Shown here one piece after another: positions 1-8,090 of a stretch of 8,547 bases of DNA. The stretch is taken from the NCBI RefSeq assembly GCF_006345805.1, contig NW_021828392.1, positions 1-8,547 of the forward strand, read 5' to 3'. Origin of the DNA: Octopus sinensis (taxonomy: Eukaryota). Numbering within the stretch: position 1 is the stretch's first letter; each line of letters starts with the position of its first letter. The notes under the pieces were generated by a model. The model saw only the letters and a list, made by a program, of their open reading frames with translations. It was not told where the DNA came from and did no database searches. The position numbers and the translations under genes are program-made.

Positions 1-1289
1 ACACGAATCTATATGTAACAGAACAATGGCTGATAGTTTAATAGACAATACGAGAGAAATTACAATGAATTCAACACTGTTGTGCATCTAATGCTTTCAC
101 AAAAATATCTACCACCACTATATATGGATATGCGTGTATTCACATATGAATGCCTGAGTATCCAGATATGAAATCGATAGACCAGAACCTCGGTGACTGT
201 GGTCAACTCTTCTCTCATCTCTCTTTTTTGGCCATGAACATACGTTGCAATGATTCTCATATACTTAAAGAAGAGCCGATATGTGTTTGTATCTACTGCC
301 ATCAACATCAGCTACCATCATCTGACTCTACACATGTACACCCTGGCGTTATTACATGGAAGAGTAGACACGTGCATGCACATGTATTTCTATTTGTACG
401 TGGTGTGTGTATGTATTTGTTCGTGTGCGTTTATGGATGTCTATAGATACATGTATATTTAAATATGTGAATATATGATTGGCTATATGTGTGCATATGT
501 GAGAAGAATTGCGTTCGTGGTTAAATTCTTTATTCCTTTGGAAAATAAAAGACAAGAACAAACGACACATACATATATGATATACACGCATAAATACACA
601 ACCAGCTTCCAGTCACTTAACAAAACATAACAAAGAATAACTATGATCATTGAACTCACTTAATCACCACCGTACATGCAAACTTACTCACATACAGTAC
701 CAAATGTATAAATATAGTAACAAGCACGAGGATACAATCGGCAGGCTTCAAATAATGAGAGCACGTTATTGATGAGGTCGCAAATGAAGGGAAAGGACTA
801 TGAGAAACAGCCGATTGATTGATGGAACAACTAATTAAGTAATTGATTAGTTAATTGGCTAACTAGCTGACAACTAATAAAAAGAAGTTAAATAGAGCCC
901 ATGCATGTGTTTCTTATAGACTAAATAACTCTACTAAGATACAACATTTGATTCAAAACACGCGTTCACATCAAGAAACATGCAAAACAAATAGAAATAC
1001 GCAATATAATCACTTGGAAAGAGGAACACTAAAAATTTGTGAAAGATCCCAGAGACTCAACATTTGCATTCTTGGGCACACAATCATGCACACAATCACT
1101 CACACATTTGGAATACACACACATACACTATAATAAAGCACATAGGTGGAGATACACTCGCTGTAAGGAAGTACATAAATACACACATTTGTCTACTAAA
1201 CTAAGTTATTCAGATATAAACATACGCTTAGCAACTCAGATAATATATTCAAATACAAGTTTGTATGTGTGTGCATACATATTTTATGC

Positions 1290-1339
1290 ATATATATATA
1301 TATTATATATATAATATATATATATATAATATATATATA
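1290..1339. repeat. (TA)n microsatellite, imperfect
   Basis: Direct reading: TATATA runs with occasional TT/AA interruptions, abutting the left arm of fold-back element 1. Confidence 0.95.
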
Positions 1340-1340
1340 A

Positions 1341-1587
1341 ACAAATGAAAGACAAAGGATGGAATATATGAGAATAATTATTTAATGACAAACAATGTTT
1401 CGACACATCTAGCATCGACTTTCTTGTGGGACACACAAAAAGTGGTACGGAGTATCCGGTGGTGCAGACGTATCTCGTCAGCTGATAAATGAATACAAAA
1501 CCTCGTTAAAATGCTAGATGTGTCGAAACAATTGTTGTGTTTAATAATATATTCTCGTATATTCCATATTATCTGTCTTTCATTGTT
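1341..1587. mobile_element. Fold-back element 1 (about 75-bp inverted arms around a 95-bp spacer); MITE-like or a remnant of inverted Penelope-type terminal repeats
   Basis: 1396-1415 TGTTTCGACACATCTAGCAT is the exact reverse complement of 1511-1530 ATGCTAGATGTGTCGAAACA. Similarity continues outward with small indels: ATGGAATATATGAGAATA vs ATGGAATATACGAGAATA, and ATGAAAGACA in both arms. No clear target-site duplication. The inverted repeat is certain; the element class is inferred. Confidence 0.8.
1380..1490 (-). ncRNA. Candidate type I hammerhead ribozyme with extended, branched helix II
   Basis: Minus strand reads CUGACGA (1481-1475), GAUACGUCUGCA (1474-1463), a 48-nt insert, UGCUAGAUGUGUC (1414-1402), GAAA (1401-1398), CA-UUGUU-U, GUC (1389-1387). 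Helix II has 12 bp with 2 G-U pairs, one bulge and the canonical G10.1-C11.1 closing pair. Helix I pairing is poor. Confidence 0.45.
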
Positions 1588-1658
1588 ATTTACCTAACGA
1601 TCACACTGAAAGTGACCGTGTTGTTTTACTTGTAAGCTACCAGATGTAAACCATTTGG

Positions 1659-1708
1659 TATATATATATATATATAATTATATATATATTATCTATATAT
1701 ATAATATA

Positions 1709-1767
<59 letters not shown>

Positions 1768-1793
1768 ATTATATATATAATATATATATATAT
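1659..1793. repeat. Long (TA)n microsatellite
   Basis: Direct reading: about 135 bp of near-pure TA with a few interruptions. Confidence 0.97.
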
Positions 1794-1840
1794 GCACATT
1801 TACAATATGTACACATACGCACATAATGCCTATACATATT

Positions 1841-1898
1841 ATGTATGTACGCGCGCGCGTGTGTGTGTGTGTATTGTGTGTGTGTTTTTGTGTGTGTA
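1841..1898. repeat. (CG)n/(GT)n compound dinucleotide repeat
   Basis: ACGCGCGCGCGTGTGTGTGTGTGTA followed by further GT runs. Confidence 0.9.
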
Positions 1899-2475
1899 CA
1901 CGTTTTATAAACGATTTAACTGAACATAACTTACCATCTATAGTAATTGTACTAGTTAAAATAATGATTGTGATAATGATATTTATGTAAATAACATTAG
2001 TAAATATAATTATAATAATAATAATGACAGTAATAGAAATTGAAGGTATAATCCCCAAATGAGTGAAATACCTCTGGATAAATAATGTACTCCAAACAGT
2101 AAAACGTAAAAAAAAACTGCTATAATTAACTGTAATATAAATGAATATTTAAGAAACCTGATTCAACGGTAATACCAGTAGAACTGATTATAAAACCAGA
2201 ATTCAATTCGATTTAAAGAATAACGCTCTCACATTCAACTGAATACCAACGCAGGAAGTTTTTTTTCCCCAATTAGCTCACTTTGAAAACGTTGTAAGTG
2301 ATGGACCTCTGAAGAAATTTCAGCGAGTAGGATGCATATGCATAATGCATACAGAGCATGTGCAGTAATGCAGTAGTAGAAACATTTTGGTCCATTGTTA
2401 TATATGCTGCAGAAAATGTTTTAATAAAATTTTTGGATGTGAATTAAGTCTCCATTCTCCTCTTGGTTTTCAATT

Positions 2476-2634
2476 ATTAATATATATATACACACATATG
2501 AGTGTATATATATATATTATTATATATAATATATATATAATATAATATATATATATATATATATAATTATATATAATATATATATAATATATATATATAT
2601 ACACATATGAGTGTGTATATATATATATATATAT
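2476..2634. repeat. (TA)n microsatellite with a duplicated CACATATGAGTGT interruption
   Basis: TA runs; the identical 13-mer occurs at 2493-2505 and 2602-2614. Confidence 0.9.
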
Positions 2635-2759
2635 CACTAAAGTGGATTCTATCTATATGTGTATTAATAATATTTACTGAATCTCAGTTTTTTATGCGCT
2701 AAACCACTGGTGTTAATTGATGTTATTAAATTAATATACAATTTTTCACCCTAATTTTG

Positions 2760-2826
2760 ATTATATATATAATATATATATATATATATAATATATATTA
2801 ATTATATTTATTATATATATATTATA
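2760..2826. repeat. (TA)n microsatellite, imperfect
   Basis: Direct reading. Confidence 0.9.
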
Positions 2827-2954
2827 TCAAATAGAGGTCCCTAAAAAGAGAGAGAAGGCTACTAGTTAGTACCAGTATTTCTAGAAATAGCATCAAAGCA
2901 ACTGAAATAGCCACTGGATACTATCTTAATGACTGACAAGCGGAGGTAAGCCCC

Positions 2955-3260
2955 AAACTGATATAGTCAAACCAACGATTTGGGATTTTGATGCAGAGCA
3001 TCTTAATCGGCGTCAGTGACTCTTACTGTGCCTAGGGTTAAACTCAACTCCCTCTGTCAGTCTTATAAGAAAACCGTTGAAACTCATGCGCTGATTTCAA
3101 AACAGTAAAGTAAAAATCAATAAATAATATGGGTGGCTCATTAGTAATTTAATAACTTAAAAGGTAGATTAATAGGGTCACTAATGTGACAGTGGGTACT
3201 AAGGAGTCACTGATGAAGATTAAGATGCTCTACATCAAAATGTCGTTTTAGTTATGTCTG
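2955..3260. mobile_element. Fold-back element 2 (about 42-bp core inverted arms, diverged extension to about 65 bp) with degenerate hammerhead-like motifs in both arms
   Basis: 2985-3025 ATTTTGATGCAGAGCATCTTAATCGGCGTCAGTGACTC-TTA matches the reverse complement of 3200-3241, ATTTTGATGTAGAGCATCTTAATCTTCATCAGTGACTCCTTA. Weaker similarity continues outward (CTGATATAGTCAAA vs CAGACATAACTAAA). No clear target-site duplication. Confidence 0.75.
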
Positions 3261-3313
3261 TTAATTTGCCTTTAGCAAAATTATTTGCCTTTAGCAAATT
3301 AATTTGCCTCTAA
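3261..3313 (+). repeat. Triplicated 18-20 bp unit at the junction between fold-back element 2 and the retrotransposon fragment
   Basis: TTAATTTGCCTTTAGCAAAA (3261-3280), TTATTTGCCTTTAGCAAA (3281-3298), TTAATTTGCCTCTAAAAG (from 3299). Confidence 0.9.
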
Positions 3314-3636
3314 AAGAAACAGAGAATCTCTCAAAATACAAAGATCTGGAAATAGAGGTAACTCGAAGTGGAGCCTAAAAGCAGAAACAATTCGTATCAT
3401 AATAGGCGCATTAGGTATGATAAAAAAATATTCAGATAAATACGTAACAAAAACACCTGGACTTACAAATATATATATAACGTACAGAAAATAGTGCTAC
3501 TGGACACCTCTACGTAAAACACTTTCAATACAGTGAAAATATGAGCATCACAGCAAACAACAGCACATACTCAAGACACACAACAGTGCACTCGGTAGTG
3601 CAGTGAAAGCACGTGATAAAAATAAGACTACTGACC
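3307..3636 (+). mobile_element. 5'-truncated 3' end of an R4/Dong-clade non-LTR retrotransposon (end of RLE domain plus 3' UTR), pseudogenised
   Basis: Translation with frameshifts: LKETENLSKYKDLEIEVTR/WSLKAETIRIIIGALGMIKKYSDKYVTKTPGLTNIY/NVQKIVLLDT/LRKTLSIQ*, with TGA at 3534-3536. This fits the R4-clade C-terminal pattern EK..KY.DL..E...W......IIGALG. A 100-bp UTR runs directly into (AAT)n. Confidence 0.85.
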
Positions 3637-3716
3637 AATAATAATAAAAAAAAAAAAAAAATAATAATAATAATAATAAAAAATAATAATAATAATAAAA
3701 ATAAAAATAAATGATG

Positions 3717-3751
<35 letters not shown>

Positions 3752-3832
3752 TAATAATAATAATAAATAATAATAATAATAATAATAAATGATGATAATA
3801 ATAATAATAATAAATAATAATAATAATAATAT
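3637..3832 (+). repeat. (AAT)n microsatellite or retroelement tail with A-runs and GAT interruptions
   Basis: Direct reading; begins immediately after the R4/Dong 3' UTR. Confidence 0.95.
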
Positions 3833-3839
3833 TCGGGTT

Positions 3840-3950
3840 GTTTCTGATATAAGTACAAAGCCAGAATCCAGTGTTTGAGTCTCACTTTAGCTTATGGATT
3901 CTCGAAAGGCTGACCTTAGTGCCTACACATTTTAAACGAGAAAACGTTAG
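3840..3950 (-). mobile_element. Possible degenerate SINE fragment
   Basis: Motifs CCAGTGTTTGA, TATGGATTCTCGAAAGGCTGA and TTTTAAACGAGAAAACGT resemble, from memory only, the reverse strand of an abundant octopus tRNA-derived SINE. Needs a Dfam/Repbase check. Confidence 0.35.
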
Positions 3951-4104
3951 GCTATTGATATTTATGTTAAAGATAGTGAAACCATCAAAACATTATAGGG
4001 ATCTTGTTCGACCATATCTAAACTCAAAAGTTCATAAGTTTTGCGATCTCATTTGCCTCAAAAATCTGATAACTTAAATGCCCCTGTAAAGGAAGAGAGC
4101 ACAA

Positions 4105-4180
4105 TAGCAACTGCAGCAGTAGTAGTAGTAGCAGCAGCAGCAGTAATAGTAGCAGCAACTGCAGCAGCAGCAGTAGCAGC

Positions 4181-4236
<56 letters not shown>
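4105..4236. repeat. Compound (GCA)/(GTA)n trinucleotide repeat
   Basis: Mixed GCA/GTA units 4105-4180, then pure (AGT)n 4181-4236. Confidence 0.95.
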
Positions 4237-4684
4237 CTATTGTTGTTCTTGATTAGCCTTATGACAGTCCTGATTGAACGAAATTGAATCATAAATATTT
4301 CAGCTTGGTTTAACCATCACGGCTAAAATGATATGCCGGTATTTCTGCTCAAAGACAATAAACATTCCTTCTACTTTCTTTTAAGACACGTGTCAAAGTT
4401 ACATTATCTCATGACATTAGAGTAGATTCAGTGGTTGGGCAACGGAGGATTTGGTTGTTACTTCTAGCAGTTCGCTTGACCATGCTCACAATTCCTTGCT
4501 GGCTATAATCAGGCATACTTGTTTCGTATGTTGTTACTGTTGCTTATATCTGTAAATAGCTTAGTGATCACTGCAGCTTCTATAGGTGTTTCTACTCCTA
4601 CTGTTTGTTATAACAACTATTTTTTTCTTTTGTCCTATTCTCCTTACATATTTCGCTGTTCTCATATCTACCGATTTGCTCCTT

Positions 4685-4698
4685 TACTACTACTACTA

Positions 4699-4753
<55 letters not shown>

Positions 4754-4761
4754 GTTACTGA

Positions 4762-4797
<36 letters not shown>

Positions 4798-4835
4798 TTG
4801 ATGACGATGATGATGTTGATGATGATGATGATGAT
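4685..4835. repeat. Adjacent (CTA)n and (GAT)n microsatellites
   Basis: (CTA)n 4685-4753, then (GAT)n 4762-4835 with GTT/GAC variants. Confidence 0.95.
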
Positions 4836-4849
4836 TAGTTAGATATTTT

Positions 4850-5110
4850 ATCGCTGCTACCATTATAACCATCATCACTACACCAATCACCAACACTACT
4901 ACCACCAAATACATTAAGGATCACCGCCGGCACAGCCACCAAGAGCGAAACACACCACCACTACCACCACCACCACCACCACCACCACCACCACCACTAG
5001 TACTACGGTTGCTGCTGCTGTTGCTGTTGCTGCTTCTGCTGTTGCTCGTACTACTTCTGCTGATGTTGCTACAAGTAGTGTTCAATGGCGTTATATGTGC
5101 AGCTGCTACT
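4850..5110. repeat. Degenerate (CAC)n and (GCT/GTT)n trinucleotide region
   Basis: Near-pure (CAC)n at about 4953-4997; GCT/GTT-rich sequence 5008-5070; degenerate CAT/CAC/TAC triplets upstream. Confidence 0.85.
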
Positions 5111-5811
5111 ATTAATATTTTGTGTCGTTGCTAGGCCCTCTTAAATTGTTTTTTCTATATCAACATCATAAACAAAAAGAAAAAAAATGAAAAAAAAAAA
5201 ATCAACACCAGCACCGCCATCGTCATCATTGTGCTCTTTCATATCAGACACCACAATCTATAACTTTTGTAGTCCTCTCCAGAACTGTTGCCAGTCTAAT
5301 ACACCATAATCATCGGCCTTACCACCACCTCATCACTATAATCACCATTGCTACAGCTACTGCTGCTGTTACTCATTTATCTACCAATGCTACCACTAAT
5401 ACAAACCACTGTAATTCAATCTAGAGCCACTGTCATCTACTAACACTACAAGAGATCTACAAATAATACAGACTTAACATTCTATATTTTAAGGCATTGG
5501 TAATTTATCATATGAGCCCATGCTATAATCATTACATTTAAAAGGATTAGCTATAGCACAATCAGCATCTCTGTCCGTAATTAATATATTTCGTAATGTA
5601 TGAAGATGACAGTACTGCATTCTGTGATTCATAAGTGTGTCTCCGAGTGCGCAGATAGTCTTCACTTTGATGGAGACGTGATATAACTAGTAATGGTGGA
5701 TCCAGGCTCCGTAAGCATTGTTCGTAAAATATCTTGTATGTTAGGACTGTTCGCCGGGAGCCGCCCTGGTTGTACACAACATTGACAATACATCCTCCTC
5801 CTCCTGCTCTT

Positions 5812-5823
5812 CACCATCACCAT

Positions 5824-5872
<49 letters not shown>
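5812..5872. repeat. (CAT)n microsatellite
   Basis: Direct reading; preceded by a short (CCT)n. Confidence 0.95.
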
Positions 5873-5919
5873 TTTCCTGCTATAGGCCGAGTCAATCTGT
5901 AGTGGTGATAGATCCGCTT

Positions 5920-8090
5920 CAATTTTGTAAGTGAACTAAGAAAGAGGAACGTAGAGGAAAGTTGATGGACAGAAGGAGCCATTGTGGAAACGGAGAATTG
6001 AAGGTGATGTTCTAACTTTACGCAAAGATCTGAGCTGCATAGAAGAGTGGTTCAAAGGGCAATAGAAAAACGGAAAAAAGTGCAAGGGCATATCTTGACA
6101 CGAAGAACCAAATAGAAAAGAAAAGTTTCAAAACTGCGACCGAAACCCTAAAACAACTAAAGGTGCAGCGCTACACTGATCGTATATCACAGTTCCAGCA
6201 AAACCGGTTATTCTCAAATAACTAGAGGCAGATTTTTAAGGGCTTAGGAGGAAATACAGAAGATAATATACCTCTTGAAGCTGAAGAAACTCGCCGCCAA
6301 TTTTGGAATAACATCTGGGGGCAAGATGTTTCCTACAGCCATGGTGCTGAGTGGATTAATTCCGCGAGATCCGAACTCCATCACCTGGAGGCTTCATGAC
6401 AGGACCATATGCGCATAACAACGGCGGGACCAGACGAAATTCAAGGCTACTAGCTCAAGTGGTTTAGGTCAACACACAAGAGAATTGCGTTGCAATTAGA
6501 CAATTGCCTACAGAGCGGTACAGTTCCGAATTGGATGTAGAGGAAGAACAACATTGTTAATGAAAGATCGGTCAAAGGGCAATGAGATTGGCAATTACCG
6601 ACCCATTTCTTGTCTTGGGTCGGTCATTGGAAAATATTAATAGATATCTTCGCACGGAAAATATATACGTTCCTTGCGGAAAACAGTCTACTGCCAGTAG
6701 AATAAAAGGGATGCCGAAAAGGATCCAAGAGCACCAAGGACCACCTTGTGATAGACAAGGTTATAATGAAAAAATGTAGACGGTACAAGAAAACATATGC
6801 ATGGCCTGGATAGACTTTAAAAGGGCTTACGACATGTTGCCGCATTCTTGGATTTTGGAAACAACTCGACAAGTGTGGAATAGCTGAAAATGTGTGTGCT
6901 CTGATTAAGAACAGCTTGCCTAGTTGGAAAACACGTCTATCCTGTAACAACCAGCACTTAGCTGAGGTAACAATCAAAATAGGTATCATCCAAGGAGACT
7001 CTTGTTCACCTCTGTTATTTGTTATAGCCTTGATCCCACTTTCTATAGTCCTACGTAAAATCAACGTGCAGTATGGGCTGAGAAAGAATAGACCTCGTCT
7101 CTACCACCTTCTCTTCATGGATGATTTAAAACTGTTCGCAAAAACAGAGCCTGAAAATGGAGAGGCTGGCTGAGACTATGCAAATGTGCAGCAAGGATAT
7201 AGGGGTAGAATTCGGTATCTCGAAGTGATACTTGGAAGTGGGGGAAAAGAGTAAAGTGTAGGGGTATAAAATTGCCAAACAGAGACAGAATAGAAGACCT
7301 GGATGATGATGGGTACAAGTATCTTGGTATCCTAGAGCTGGACCAGATCTTACACAGAGTCATCAATGCATCTTAAACTTCTTTTGAAATCAAAACTCAA
7401 TTCAAAGAACCTTGTGATTGCCATCAACATATGGGTGATTGCTCTAATCCGCTATAGTGAAATGGACACAAGCGGAGATTAACCAACTCGATCGCACTAC
7501 CCGAATGACAATGACAATGTATGGTGCCCTCCACTCTAAGGCGAATGTACACAGGCTCTACATGAAGAGAGGTAAGGGTGGACGTGGTCTGATTAGCGTA
7601 CGGGAGTGCATCAACAGTGAAAGAAGAAACGTGACAGAATATCTGGTAATCAGATAAAACATGCTACAATATGCGGCTACATAAGATCTGTTAAAATATG
7701 CTGCTAATGCAGAAGGATTTAACAAAGATGGACTTGAGAGTGCTCATATATTCAATCAAGAGCAACCAACGAGAGAAAAGAAACCCTACTCCACATGGAA
7801 TTACAAGGTCAGTTCCACCGTGAAATCAACAAGTTAAAAAATCAGGAAGCATCATGGAGGTGACTTAACAAGGGTGACCTAAAACAGAATACTTTGACTT
7901 CTAGACAGATAAAGTATTAGAGCACCGAAAGCCGGGTATAATAACATTTAGGAGGGACAAACAAGAGTGCTTAATAATTGACGTGGTAGAGCCAGGAGAT
8001 CAACATATCATCATGATAGAGAGAGAAAAGATTGATAAATACGGAGACCTGAGAATTCTGATCGCTACGATATGGCAGCTACGAAAGAAG
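5920..8090 (+). mobile_element. Decayed R4/Dong-clade non-LTR retrotransposon ORF (reverse transcriptase plus restriction-like endonuclease), truncated at both ends
   Basis: Ordered motifs across frames: KEPLWKRRIEG..LRKDLS (from 5973), FWNNIWG (6301), AGPDEIQGY* (6424), GNYRPISCL (6590), KGCRKGSKSTKDHLVIDK, MAWIDFKRAYDMLPHSWILE (6801), QGDSCSPLLF (6991), LFMDDLKLFAK (7111), YKYLGI (7314), KNLVIAINIW, RLYMKRGKGGRGLISV, GQFHRE..SWR*LNKGDLK, HRKPGI..CLIIDVVEPGD..EREKIDKYGDL (7923 onward). Many in-frame stops (e.g. 6063, 6451, 7902) and frameshifts. Clade assignment rests on recognising the motif pattern. Confidence 0.92.

Noticed and set aside
60-1314. Short ORFs from the ORF track (60..308, 150..446, 250..462, 352..591, 948..1133, 1039..1314)
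   Set aside because: No recognisable domains; translations are dominated by GT/CA/TA low-complexity sequence; they overlap on both strands as expected by chance.
2332-2372. ATGCATATGCAT palindrome and clustered TGCA motifs
   Set aside because: Short and low complexity, with no supporting structure.
2301-2396. CTGAAGA (2309) … GAAAC (2379) … GTC (2390) as a hammerhead
   Set aside because: No G-C-closed helix II and helix I is out of register. A few CTGANGA matches are expected by chance in 8.5 kb on two strands.
2750-2839. CTAATTTTGAT … ATCAAATAG imperfect inversion flanking a TA tract
   Set aside because: Too short and AT-rich to distinguish from chance.
4385-4394. GACACGTGTC palindrome containing an E-box
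   Set aside because: 10-bp palindromes are expected several times in a window this size; no promoter context.
4255-4500. Possible degenerate copy of another interspersed repeat (…GGATTTGGTTGTTACTTCTAGCAG…)
   Set aside because: Only a vague resemblance from memory; no termini, TSD or coding motif to support a call.
1693-5982. Homopolymer-rich ORFs (poly-I, Y, L, V, A, H, M) at 1693, 3628, 4041, 4074, 4519, 4696, 5662 and 5734
   Set aside because: Artefacts of stop-free frames in di- and trinucleotide microsatellites.
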